A stretch of 64,000 bases of DNA from Sphagnum compactum. Lineage: Eukaryota. How positions within the stretch are numbered: the first letter of the stretch is position 1; every line of letters starts with the position of its first letter. The translations under genes were made by a program, and so were the position numbers. Below, in pieces: positions 1 through 12,860 of the stretch. Below the pieces are notes generated by a model. It was given only the letters and a program-made list of their open reading frames with translations, had not been told where the DNA came from and made no database searches. The stretch lies in NCBI GenBank assembly GCA_965153455.1, contig OZ234493.1, forward strand, positions 11,956,213 through 12,020,212, given 5' to 3'.

Positions 1-1177
1 TTATTTATAATAAGGTTAGATCAGCCTCACAGATGCTGTGCTGTGCTGCTACTGCAACTTGCCATAAGGTAATTGAAATTACCATTGGGACTTTGAGAAA
101 GTTTACTGCAATGGCGTTTATGTACTTCACTCTGATCAGTCAGATGATGGCCTGTACCCAAGCTGTTCTTGTTGACCTCCTTGAGATAGGGAGGGTTGAG
201 AGCTTGAAATAGTGAAAGAGAAAGGTACCAATCTGTCTATGGAAGCTCACTAAGAATTCAATATTGAAGGTAATGAGGAATCTGCTGCATAAATAGGGGT
301 GTCAATATGATTTACAGTGATCTATTTACAAGAATTGCTTACAATAGGTAGTGGAAAATATGCTGTCTGTATAAATTTCGGTATGATCTATGTTTGAAGA
401 ATTACTTATATGGTACACAGTGAGAAATATGTTATATAATTTTGGTGTATGCATTTGGTATCATCCTCAAGTACTAGAACCAGAGTATTTGTTGGTGTGA
501 GTTATGGAGGGAATTGTCATCAGGTCCCAAAAGCTGGTAATTATGGTTTCTGCAATGCATACATGTGTCCATGGCATCTAGGCAGATAGTGAGAATGTAT
601 AAACTCTAGGATACAACTAACAAAAAGCATTTAATAAGCTAAATGATGTGTGCAGAAAGAAAAAGTTTAGGGGTTTAGGGTTGAGGCCAAAGTCCAGAAA
701 TTACAATGACCTTTGATCAAACAATAACGAATTCAAGAATGGTTTTCTATCCTGTACAAGTAATAATACAACCAAATTTCTCTACCTTCAAGATGACAAA
801 CTCTGTTGACCAAACAAGGGGATTGTTCAATTTGTATACCACCCAATCTCTTCACTTCAGAATGAGAACTCCATAGACCAAACAATGGATGGTTTGATTG
901 TAATTATACCAATAGAATGCAACACATAATTTTATGAACAAAACAGACATCTATTCACAACCCAACCTTTGTTTTCTTCTCCTTACCTAATAGGAAGACA
1001 CGGTTCAATCATTTCAAGTACATGAAAAACTCAGGGCACACTCTACTCAATACCTGCAACAATCTGTTGAGACACTCCAGTGTGCTGACAACACAGGCAC
1101 CCATATCACCATCCGAAGCACATGCCTCGTGAACATCCTACCAAAATGCATTGTTGCTGTTTAGTGCAGCAGAATGG

Positions 1178-4100
1178 TCACATATGGTGTTGAGGGGGTA
1201 AAAATATGTTTCCATTACTGACTGTCTTCACCATCATTGCCTTGTCATCCTCCTCATCTACAACGGATTTCCAGATAATATCCTTCAGCTGTGCGCACAA
1301 GTTCTTGTAAAACTGCACAGGTGTCCAAAAAAAGAGAATCAGCATGAAAGAAAAAACCCCACCACAAATTCATCAACTGTACACACAACTTTATTAGAGC
1401 ACTGGAAAACAGTGCGGCGTTGTCTAGCTGGGTATACCTTGTGGTATTCCAACGTGTCACCAACTGCCTTGCGTACCTCAACCATGAACAATGAAGGAGC
1501 AACTTCAAATACCTGCCACATAATGCACAATTAAGACTCCAGGGACTGTACAATCCACAACAAATGCAAAGAAAATTTCACAATAACACTTTAAAGTAAC
1601 TATTCTGTCACTTCAAGCCAAACCAAAATAAAGAAGGCAAGAATATAAGTGAGGTCATAACCTTGTGAAGTCACTCACAAAGCATCAGACCATCACCCTT
1701 TCATCAGGAGCAGCAGTGACTAAGCTGCCACTACTCCCCACTGACTTCATCAGCTCCCAATGGTGGGTGTAGATAAAAGTATGTAACAATCTGCTTAAAA
1801 TTTCAGGCAACCAGTACACAGAAATCTGCACCCTGAGTTTCTGTCACATTTCAACCCATTCATGAGTTTGGCTAGAACTCCAGGTAGCATATAATTCACA
1901 ACTAGTGTGATCTGAAGGACAATGACAGGCTTGGGTAGTAATCACCTCAATTGCAACAGAAAGCTGGCCAGTGTTTCCACTAAGCCCCTCCAGCCTCATC
2001 TGCAAAACCATTAAGCCAGTCAATAGCTAACAGCCAAATCTTCCTGCAGTTGGACTCAACCCACATCCAAATGCACCATGATTCAGTAAATTCTTTTTTA
2101 CAAAGAAATCAGTTCTGGGCCTACAAAGAACAGAATTTCAAGGAATGAGGCAGCAACCCATCAAATCATTTACAGGAATATTCAAATCATCCATGCCTTG
2201 TAGTTGCGGATTTGAACACTAAAACCCATTGACTTTGCAGAGGTGTCAATACGAGCAATAATCTCCTGAGCTGGTCTTTTCGAAGTGAATCGTGTTTGGC
2301 GCTTGATATGATCCTGCACAAAGAATTGGTGATATAAATGCAACCTCTTTCTTTTCTCTTCTTGGGATGACATCCACTCAAAGAAAATCCCTCCACCACT
2401 CATGACCAACAACTTCTCAAGTTCTGAAAATCAACCTCTGATTGAAAGAAGTACAATAAATTAGAAAAAACTTGTGAACTCACCTGTCGTCTGTCAAATA
2501 AAGCAGAAAGGTTGAGTCCTTGTGAAAGACTGATCAGTTCAAATGCATTCATCATAGATGGTCCAGAGTCTTTGCCCTCTTTCTGTACTTTGACATACAT
2601 TTCCTGCATCCCCTCTAACCCACAAATGACTTAACCAGATGACCAAGTAGCTTTCATATTCCTGACAGGCCATACAGAAAAACTGTAATAGACATGAGAA
2701 GAAGGCCTGGCTAACCTCGGAGTCGCTGAAGACAGCCTGGACATCATCAAGACTAACATCTTCATCCTCATGCATACGCACAGGCACATAATTCTTCTTG
2801 AACCAGCCATCATTCCGAATCCCTGCCACCTTGATGCGCTGCACAAGTTTGCAACACATCATTATCTATTTCTGTGGTGGAGCCATAAGGATCCCCACTG
2901 CACAATTCACTACGGACTAACAAGTACTCTCACATGTACAGCATTCTGTGTCTAAAACACCCCAACCCATTTGGCCTAGCAGGGGTAGAATCTTACTGTG
3001 GTCTCTTGCTCCAAGTATGTGCTAAGAAACCTGAAATTCCTCTCACAGCCTAGGATCTAAAGAAGGTTCAGATTCAGATGGATTCCTAGAATCTGAAAAT
3101 TGAGGAAATAACTGAAACTTAGTGACCACTGTCAGTGTACAGGTCACATCCAGATCACTAACCATATTTGGTCGTGGGTTCAGAATTTTTGAGATCAAAG
3201 CTTTGGCTCCTGATGAGAACCAAAATGGGTATGAAAACTCAGCCAGTTGAATCTGAAAAAAGCACCAGACAGCAACCCCCAACAGTGAAAAAAAGACACT
3301 CCTTGATTGGAAAAGGGCACCATTCGGGTTTTGCTTTGGCTACAGAAGCATAGGGCCCACATTCTTTTAACTTTCCAAGCTTCCCAACTTTTGAAAAACC
3401 CCTGCTACCTCAGAGAAGCTGAGCACATGGCAACTCATAATAGAGCATGATGAATGACAAAATAGAGCAAAGAACCCACCTTGCGGTAGAGTGTAAGCAG
3501 ATCAGTCTCATCAAAAGGGAGGAATCCAGCCATCAGAACATAAAGGATGACTCCGCAAGACCAGATGTCAGCCACTGCACCATCATAGCCCTTGTCGTTA
3601 AGGACCTGGCCCCATGACCAACCATCCCAGATCCTCAGACACCTACACAGCTCAAGCATACCTACCAAATTGGCCATGTACACCACTACCCTTAACTCCA
3701 GCTTTTCCCAAACTCTGTGCTGTGACTTGCAGAATGAAAATCCTCCATGAACAAAACTCAAATGATTTTCCACTTGTTACTGATGGGAACTGGGTTACTG
3801 ATATAGAGCAATCCAAGATTGTCCGTCCTTGAATTGTGGGTAATGGCATGTGGTGAACAAGGGAGAGAAAAAATTTATCCCTAAAATTACATATGTACCT
3901 CAGGAGCGACATAGTTTGGTGTGCCACAAGTGGTGTGTAAAAGACCATCCTCCTACAGTAGCAGAAAGAGATAAAACCCGCTCTTAGGTATCTCAGTTGA
4001 ACAAAAACCAGAGACAAAAAGGAACTGGTTTATGGGAATTTCCTGGTTTCTGCACAGAGCACAGCTTTGCAACAAAAACTGAAAACCCGTGCTCCCACTT

Positions 4101-5551
4101 TGTTGAGGTGGGTGCCTTACCCTAACTTGCTGTGGAAGTGCACTTAAACCAAAATCTGAAATCTTCAAATTTCCGGTCGAATCCAAAAGAAGATTCTCTG
4201 GCTGCAAGCACCCAATATTTTCAAACAGTGAAAAGATGATCATCATGCAGCTCACAATAGTGTACATCTCACAGGCCACTAAGCTTCTTCTCCACAGTGT
4301 CCAGCATGTCAAGTTTAGTACCTTCAAATCTCGGTGAGACACACCTTTGCTGTGACAAAAATCAACTGCATCAATTAACTGCTGAAAGTATTTGCGTGAC
4401 TCAATTTCACTCAATCTGCCTTGATGCACCTGCAAACGCATCAGCAGTCGAAAACCCTTTAGTTGATTTCTTGGAACAGTTGTAAACAACTCAAGCAAAT
4501 TGCCATAAAAACACATCAAAGTGTTACACCTCTAACCCTAACAGATTAAAAAAACCCAGCAGAGGAGTGATGAGTCCAGTCTGAAGCTTTACAATTTTGT
4601 CAAAAAGTTCCCCCCCTTTGACAAACTCAAGGATGATATAAATTTTGGTCTGACTTGCAAGCACCTGTAGACAATAAAAATTATTCATTTATGATGTTAG
4701 TACAATTTCTGCTGACTATCGAACGTTGTTGATCCTAGCATTTTTTGCTCCTATGCAAATTTGAGATGAAGGTCTTGGTACGTGTGCCCTGGCAACATAA
4801 CATTGTTGATCCTGGTCCTATGCAAATTTGACATGAAAGTTTTGGCATGTGCGTACCACCAACAATCAAACACTGTGATCTTAGCATCTTTTGCTTCTAT
4901 GCAAATTCAAGATGAAGGTTTCAGCAGCATGTGCACACATACCTCATGCAAGCAAACCACATTGGGATGTCTCACAAGCTTCATAATGCATATTTCCCTC
5001 TTGATCTGTAATAATAGAGGGGGTAAAAAAGGCATCACCATATACATACACAAAATGCCACAAAATTAGTACCTGCAACCTTCATCACAAAATCACCAAA
5101 AACTTAACCCCTAAAATTGGAAACTGTGAGAGGTGTTCCAAAGCATCACCACACACACACATACTCAAAATGCCACAACATTCATACCCACAACCTCAGT
5201 CACAAAATCATTACAAAATTAAACCCTAAAATTTTGGAACTTGTGAGAGAAGTTCCAAGGCATCACCACACACACACAAAATGCCACAACATAAATACCC
5301 ACAACCTTGGTCACAAATTCATCACAAACTTAAACCCTAAAATTAGAAAATTCCAACACGAGAAAAGTTCCATTTGGAGATTGAAACTGTACCTGATCCA
5401 CCATTTTATGTTTGAGGACTGTCTCCTTGTCCAACACCTTCATGGCTACACTCTCCCCTGTTTCTGTGTTCTGTGCAAATTTCACCTTGGCAAAAGTGCC
5501 TTCCCCAATTGTACGTCCCACTTCATATTTCCCAACTCTTCTCATGACCAT
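1178..5551 (-). CDS. CIPK: CBL-interacting Ser/Thr protein kinase, CIPK8/CIPK24(SOS2)-like, multi-exon
   Basis: Exons read [25 protein letters not shown] (5551-5393), [17 protein letters not shown] (5005-4943), [33 protein letters not shown] and [11 protein letters not shown]. The NAF motif is [16 protein letters not shown]. The last exon [15 protein letters not shown] ends at TGA 1180-1178. Junctions are GT-AG except one GC-AG. Confidence 0.95.
1654..1842. repeat. Dispersed ~190-bp intronic element, copy A (CIPK intron)
   Basis: Colinear with 63725-63917 from GTCATAACCTT to CTGAGTTTCT. The core CCCACTGACTTCATCAGCTCCC..GTGGGT is shared with the copies at about 19920 and 39583. Confidence 0.85.
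4726..4935. repeat. 3 x ~75-bp degenerate tandem repeat filling CIPK intron 2
   Basis: Recurrent TGATC(C/T)T..CTATGCAAATT..ATGAA(G/A)GT..ATGTGC units. Confidence 0.85.
5031..5346. repeat. 3 x ~113-bp tandem repeat filling CIPK intron 1, units ending in telo-box-like AAACCCTAA
   Basis: GCATCACCA..CAAAATGCCACAA..CAACCT..TCACAAA..AA(A/C)CCCTAAAATT occurs three times. Confidence 0.9.
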
Positions 5552-5689
5552 CTTCTCTCTTCCCTCCCCCCAAACCCCAATCTCTTCACCACACTCAAAC
5601 CCTAATTTTTAAACACCTTCATAAAAGGAAAAAAGACACTACCAAATTCCTCCACAATTCCCACTGAAAACACACACACCCAATCCTTC

Positions 5690-5693
<4 letters not shown>

Positions 5694-5726
<33 letters not shown>
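5694..5726. repeat. (CT)n microsatellite in the CIPK 5' leader
   Basis: Direct reading of the sequence. Confidence 0.95.
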
Positions 5727-5728
<2 letters not shown>

Positions 5729-5814
5729 AGTCCAAAATCTCTCAACCTAATCCAAAATGGATTCTCACAAAGCAACACCTCCACCAAACTCAGCTCAACT
5801 CAAACTCAAATTCA

Positions 5815-6153
5815 ATCAAATCAACTCAAAATGGGCTCATTTATAAACACAAATCCATCAAGCAAATACTAGTCTAGGAGACTTCAACTCAAGTCAAAAT
5901 GAATTCATTTATAAACGCAAACCCATCAAGCACATAATAGTCTATAAGACTTCTAACTCAACTCAAGCTGGGTTGATTCATAAACACACATCCTTCAAGC
6001 AAATCATAGTCTAACAAGACAACAACTCTCAACTCAAGATGGGTTCATTTAGAAGCACAGATCCATCAACCACATAATTGTCTAAAACTTCAACTCAACT
6101 CAAAATTGGTTCATTCATGAACACACATCCTTCAAGCAAATAATTGATAGTCC
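5815..6153. repeat. 5 x ~69-bp tandem repeat upstream of CIPK
   Basis: Units approximate AACTCAAAATGGGTTCATTTATAAACACAAATCCATCAAGCAAATAATAGTCTA. Confidence 0.9.
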
Positions 6154-8937
6154 ATTATTGTGAATTCATAAATCCTTGCCTAATGGCATGACCCAACTAA
6201 AAGAAAGCACTATCAAGACATGGCAGTTATCATTTAGCTCACATGGCAATGGGATATCTATTCCTGGGTGCACGCGCGGGTTGACAAAAGAGAATCCAGG
6301 TTTTACACATAATAAGAGTTATCTGTAAAGTCTCGCGATTAGGGGGCGAGAATGGCACAATTTCCTCATAATAGGGCATCAAACGTGTAACTGGGAATGA
6401 AAAGTTTTACAAAGCAAAATAACTCGGACCTAAACTAGTTGTTCTACAAATTCTGGTCGTAAACTGAGTTACATCCTGTCTTTCATTTTTCCTGAGCGCC
6501 TCCACTGCTGCTACAGATATTTTCACTGCTCCTACCTGTACAACTACTTTAGTTAGTCTCGAACCTTGAGCATTAAATCCCGAGTTTCAGTATTTCATAC
6601 TGAGATTTACTAAAATTTCCTTCGCGTTGTGGATACCCACTGAAAGAGTGGTATAGGGGGTGAAACCAGGCCCAAAGACAGGGTGAAGACAGGGTAACTT
6701 TGCGGATATGTTTGAAGAGTTATTTTAGCTTAAAAAATCATTCCCAAGATTGAATACCGTGCAATATTTTTAATCTCTTACGTTAGAGGGAATCTACCAA
6801 TGTTGGTTTGGTAAGCTACTTTTTGTTTTTCATAATTTCAAAACATTACTTTGGCATAAGTAAGGTTTTTAAATTCTTAAGACCACAAACTTATATGATA
6901 TTTTTATAGGAGGCTTGTCATGCACTACAAGGTTGATGTTCAACCTTATCAAAATTAAGGGAGTCATACATATGAAAACATGCATACCCAATAGGAAGAA
7001 CAAGCTAGTAGTTTATGTGTTTTTAAACTTGAATTTTTGTGATTTGCAAGTGAATTTTCTTGAAACATGGAAAATAAGATTTTAAAGTCAAACCATGAGA
7101 ATAAACTTTCCCAAGTGCAAAAAAATCAAAATCATGCTCACATTGAATTAGGTTCTAATGACAAATAACAAATTACATGAAACTAATGATGTCCCACAAC
7201 ACATATGTATTAGACTAGTAAAATATCACTTTATTTCTTCATTCATTGAAAAATATAAAAATTCAAAGCATGTATCAACAAATAATCAATGGAAAAATTA
7301 TGTAATTGCAAAGGAAAAAAAACTTGAAGATCTATTCTCCTAAAACCAAAATCAAGAATATTAAAATATATAGGTAAAAAATGTATGTGTTCCTCACGTA
7401 CAAAGTCCAAGTTCAAATTTAGATTAAATCCTAACCATTTTCAACCCCTTGAATGTGTGATGATCAAAAGGGAGCATTCCCAAAACTTTTTAGTTGTTCC
7501 ACTTTGGGATTTGAGAGTCCTAGGGTGTTTCAAATCTTTGGATCAAGCCAAGGTTTGAGGAGTAAACCTTTTCCAATTGGGTTATCTTTAAACCATGTTG
7601 AAAGGGTCTTGAAATGTACTACAATACAACAAAATTATCTTCAAAGTCCCATAGTTTGGGGGCAAGGTTAGTTAGTTTAGCATAATTGAATATCAAACTT
7701 GTAATGTGGAATGAAAAATTTACAAAAATAACAAAAGATGAAACTAGTTTATGCACCAAATTTGGAGCAAAAACTAGTTTGGTCATGTATTCCACTTCTT
7801 TGTTGTGTGTATGTGAAGGAAATAGTGTGAACTTTCTTTTACAAGTTTTTTTTCTACTCAATTTTTTTGCTTTTTTTAATGCAAGCACAAAGGCATCATA
7901 GCATGGAAATGTGTAAATAGGGATAAATGAAAGTTTTATGACATCCTGGTGAAAAGTTTTAAAAGCTTTCAATAGCATCAAATTCAAAGGAGGAACAAAA
8001 AACATGGCATGTGGAGTGTGGAAGAAGAGTGTCATATAGAGCAAGAAGAAGAAATGCCCACCCTTCTCCATTAGAAGATGAGGATTAAGTTTCCAACATT
8101 CACTCTCATGAAGGTTTTTTTAAATTCTTGGAAGTTCTAAAACTAAGAATTAGGGTTTATCCTTTATTTGGCAACTCCATTTCATCCTTTTGAATGTTTT
8201 TTTTATCATTCTTATCAATTTTTAAAACTTTAATGAAGGTTTGTCCTTTACTTATGAACTCAATTCCAAAATGTTAAATGTTTTTGTGATTCTTGGCACT
8301 TTTGCAACATCCAATGAAATTTTATCTTTTCCTTTGTAGTTCAATTCCATTTTTTGAAAGTTTCATGAATCTTGGCACCTTTGAAACATTGAATTAAGGT
8401 CAATATTTTATTTGGTGGTTCAATTGCATCCTCTCGAAGGCTTTTGTGAATTTTGGCACCTCCAAAACATTATTGAATTAAGGTCTATCTTTTATTGGAC
8501 AACTCCATTTCATCCTTTTAAAGGGTTTTTTTTTTACCCAATTTACTTTAATTTGGACTTAATTTATGTTTGCTTTGATATAATTCATCTTTTTTTTATA
8601 TTTAATTCAAGTTTGTTTAGGCCTTATTCATTTTATTTTTATTCATTAAAGTCTATTTGGACTTCATTCAAAATTGTTTGGATTTTATTAATTTTTGTTT
8701 CAAGTCCTTAAGGGTTGTTTGGACTTGATTTAGGTTTGTTTAAACCTTATTCACCTTTTTTTTTAGGTCATTAGAATTTGTTTGGACTTGATTCATGTTT
8801 ATTGAAAGTTTATTCACCTATATTAACCTTTATTAATTAGGACAATTCCAAAATTTGAAAGTCTAATTACATTTATTTTGAGTTCATAAACCTTTGTTGA
8901 AACTAAAACAAATGCATTTGGAAAAAATAAAGGTGAT

Positions 8938-9190
8938 TGAATGTGAAACTATGTGACATTATGATTATGCTAGATAAAAAATAGTCAATTTGGAAAATTT
9001 TCATTTTTTTTCCCAAAAACTTATTTGAATGACATTATGTGACACTATGATTATGTTAGATAAAAAATTAATTATATTTGGATTTTATCATTTTTTTCCA
9101 TAAATTTGTTTGAATGTGGCACTATTTGACATTACAACTATGTTGGATTAAAAATTATCAAAATTTTAAAATTTCCATTTTTTTCAATGA
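8938..9190. repeat. 3 x ~87-bp degenerate AT-rich tandem repeat
   Basis: GAATG..ACTATGTGACA(T/C)TATGATTATG(C/T)TAGATAAAAAAT..CATTTTTTT recurs at about 8939, 9026 and 9112. Confidence 0.75.
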
Positions 9191-11080
9191 ACTTGAACAT
9201 GTTAACACTTGCGACTATTGTTGCGAACATGATTTGATGTTACATACAAGTACTCTAAAAAATTTCCTTGTCATTACTTTTTTTAAAAAAAATCCAATTC
9301 ACCCATGTTTGATAAAACATCGCTGTTAAAAAAAATCATGGAACACAAGAACATACCCTTCAAAAACCCCAATAAAAACCCATACAAAAGATTTCCAAAA
9401 ACCCTAGAACAATAAGAAAAATTTAAAGGCCTTTAGAAAAAAACAAACAAAAAAAAAGTTAAAAGGACAATCCAAAATCAAAGGAACTCTCTCACAAGTG
9501 AAAATGTTGTGATATGAATAACCTTAAAAGCACAAAGTTCAAAAGGTTCGCTTATATAGTTCCATGCAAAAGAAACATTAAAAGTCATCTTATGTAGTCC
9601 ATCGAGCAAACTTCAATGTAATTTTGTAGTGAAAACAACAAAAAAAAATGCCCAAAAAATGCAAACCCTAAAAGTTTTTTAGGTAGAAACCTCCAAAAAA
9701 AATCTTTTAAAAAAATTTCAAATTTTTTTCTATCCCTAATTTATATCATTGGTCTTCAATTTCATTATTTCATCCCTAGTTATGGGGATTTTACAAATTA
9801 TGATGAATGTTATTAGTTTGTGTTAACATTTAACTCATTCATCCACCATTTTGAATTTACATGCATTAACCACATTTTTTTTTTGATTTACATAATTTAT
9901 TATGTTTGTGAATTCAACTTGAAAATATCATTTTTAACTCCCATCCTTTAACCCTTGCATAATCCTCTTGTTCCAAATGCATGGAGCTACATAGTGTGCG
10001 TAGGCCTTAAAAGTCTTCCACAACACATTTTATCAAAGACATTACCCCAATATCTTATGGCAAGCCTTTAAAGGTGTGTCATTGTCCTTGTATTATAAGT
10101 GCCATGCGAAATGCTCCCACAAAGGATGATTTGTATGTATTAAATGGTTTAGAAATCAAACATCATATGGATTCAAGACGAAAATCATGGAAGTTTGAAA
10201 CTTCATTTATAATCATATTAAGAAACCATTGATATTTTTTAAATTATTGTAACCTTCAACAAATTCATAGTCACTCCCTCCAACATTTGAACATTGGATT
10301 AGCCATATTGTTTTTTTGATTGTGTTGATTATGTTATGAAACAATTAAGCTCAAGTTTTAGTGAGTAACACCCAACATTGGTAGGTCTATAATTGGGTGC
10401 AATCTTCAAATAATAGACTACACTTACCCAAACATAGTGGTTAAACATGTATCAAAAAGATGTTCATTGATTCATTTCCAACATATTTGGGATTATTAAA
10501 ATTTAAGTCAAAAATTGTTCCTATGGATTTGTTGTGAAAGCTTTGCTCAAAGGAAAATTGGTTGCAAAATTGTTGTCAAATGGTTATTGGGTGAACTATT
10601 GTTTGTAAAAATAATTAATGAAATGTTTAAAAGATTTTTTGAAGTATTTGCTATCAAACCATCTTTAGTGTAGAAATTGTTTAGTGTTTCATAATGTAAT
10701 TATTTATGTTTATGAAAAATTAATATGAATAACATTCGTGTTTCATTGAGGAGCATGTTGCTTCTACCCACATTACCCGCATTTGGTATACAAATATTTT
10801 TATTTATTTTATAATATTGAATGCTAATATACACCTAAGTTGTACAAAGTTTGCAATCACACCACAAAGGGAAAGAATATGTATAAAAAATTAACATGTC
10901 ACAAAAATGTATGAAAGTGAAAAAATGGTCATAATTTTAATTTATGAATGTATGAAAATTGATGGCAAATGCTATTTTTAACTTTATAAGAGAACCCCAT
11001 TTTTTTGTTTTGTTTTTCAAGTTTGTAAAATACATAAGTAACGCACTATAACATTACAAATATTGAACAATAAATAACAT

Positions 11081-11141
11081 TTGGAATGAACTAATAACTA
11101 ATGACTAATTAATGAACTAATTAGTTATTAGTTCATTCCAA
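11081..11141. repeat. Perfect 22-bp inverted repeat with a 17-bp loop
   Basis: TTGGAATGAACTAATAACTAAT (11081-11102) pairs with ATTAGTTATTAGTTCATTCCAA (11120-11141). Confidence 0.9.
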
Positions 11142-12216
11142 GTGTCGTTCATTTTAATTACTAACCCAGGTTAGGTACATTAGTGTAGGTCTAGGTAGCA
11201 TAAACAATATATTAGCCTAGGTATATATATATATTGGGTATATTAATTTAAATATTGATTAGTTTAGACCATTTTTTTAATGACACGTGTCCATGTTGTA
11301 CACCATTAATTACATGTTAGTTGCATCCATGACCATTTGTATGAGTTTTAACCCAAGGAAAACATCTCAAAACATTTCAAAAAATCTACAAATATCCTAA
11401 ATTTTTTTGAGGAATCTTCTTGGATACCATCCTAATTACATTACGGATGTACAATGGATAAAAAACGTTCACAAATGATTTTCATCCATGATGATGTTGG
11501 CCACGATGCTAGCCATGATGTTAAGGATGTCAATCATAACACCTAATGAATGTGAAATATAATGTGAAAATGTATGGTCAATAAGATCAAAAATCTTATT
11601 CAAATAAGCCTTTCTTTTTGTTCGATTTATTTTGTTTCTATTGATTTCGTTAATTTTTTCTTTGTTTTTATAGGGATGATCGATTTGATAATAAAGTTCA
11701 TAACTGCACAATGCAAATAATCATTTTTGAAAAATTCAAAAGAATAGTTGCCTTGCTACATGTGAAAAGGCTTTAGTTGAAGAACAAGAAATTTTTTAGG
11801 AAGACTAAGGTAGTATTCTAATCATTTTACTTTGAATTTTAGCTTGGGCTCTCCCAATCACATGGTGATCTTGTTTTGCATTTGCCATTTTAACTCTTGT
11901 TCATTATCATTCTAATAAGTTTAGATTTTGGTTTTTTTTTGTTAGTTTTGGTTATTCTCTCCAAATTGTTTAGTGGTCTCTTTTTTATGTTGTTTTCCAT
12001 GTCAATTATGATTATGATTATGATTATGATTTTTTGTGTTATCTATTTTTTATTCTATCTTTGTTATGTTCATGTTCTTTTGTTTATTTTAGGCTATTGT
12101 GCTTTGAAGATGATTCATTGAACATCCATATGAGAAAGATAATATTGTCCTTGGGCATTCAAGTTCAACTTCATGTTCTGAAAAAAAAGCTTGACAATTA
12201 TCTCAACGTAGAACGT

Positions 12217-12389
12217 TAGAACTTCAAGTTGTATGATTTCCAACGTAGAACTTCAAGTTGTATGATTTCCAACGTTATGATTTCCATTGTAGAACTTCAA
12301 GTTGTATGATTTCCAACGTAGAACTTCAAGTTGTATGATTTCCAACGTTATGATTTCCATCGTAGAACTTCAAGTTGTATGATTTCCAA
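12217..12389. repeat. Near-perfect 29-bp minisatellite with higher-order structure
   Basis: Five copies of TAGAACTTCAAGTTGTATGATTTCCAACG with a 15-bp partial unit after copies 2 and 4 (pattern A-A-b-A-A-b-A). Confidence 0.95.
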
Positions 12390-12726
12390 TTTGTAGGGCG
12401 ATCACAACATGGGTTTTTTGGAACTCGTAGAGGGGTTTAATGTGTTGTAGGAAATGATGTTATAACATGATAGAAGACCATTGATCTTGACCAATGTTGG
12501 TGAAGAACAATAGTTGAGTGAATTTGACAAATTGTTGTATTAATTCTTTGTAATATAGAGCTAGTGCCAATCTATTGCGAAATATCGAAGGTCTTGCTGA
12601 ACAATGAATACAATTTTGGATTTGGATTGCAATTGAGGAGATGTTCTTTCATTTTTTGCTTGAAGCAAAGTTTAACTTGTGATTTCAAACATACTTTTAC
12701 AAACTTTTGTTCCTTGAAACTATTTT

Positions 12727-12860
12727 CACTACAACAAAAGGTGTCCCTGTACGCCAAGTGAATTCACTGGTTGTAGTGAACGGGGACCAGTGAAGAAGCA
12801 GTGAATTCACTAGTCTAGTGAATGGGGATTAGTGAACTGCACCCACATTTTGTAGTAGTG
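12727..12860. mobile_element. Non-autonomous CACTA (En/Spm) element, 134 bp
   Basis: TIRs CACTACAACAAAA and TTTTGTAGTAGTG match at 12/13 positions. A 3-bp TTT duplication flanks both ends, and there are internal AGTGAA/TTCACT subterminal repeats. Confidence 0.85.

Noticed and set aside
1654..1842. Hammerhead ribozyme reading of the dispersed element (GAAAC and CUGAUGA on -)
   Set aside because: I could not build stems I-III consistently across copies, and CUGAUGA is altered in copies B and D.
5117..5605. 162-aa + strand ORF with a repeated His-rich peptide
   Set aside because: It is antisense to CIPK exon 1 and intron 1, and the repeat simply reflects the intronic tandem array.
5815..6153. 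CRISPR-like appearance of regularly spaced repeats (also 12217-12389 and 61005-61230)
   Set aside because: The units are contiguous and homologous throughout, with no unique spacers and no cas genes, in a eukaryotic context.
7619..8071. 150-aa ORF in an AT-rich region
   Set aside because: Low-complexity F/K/L composition with no domain or splice support, so probably a chance ORF in repeat DNA.
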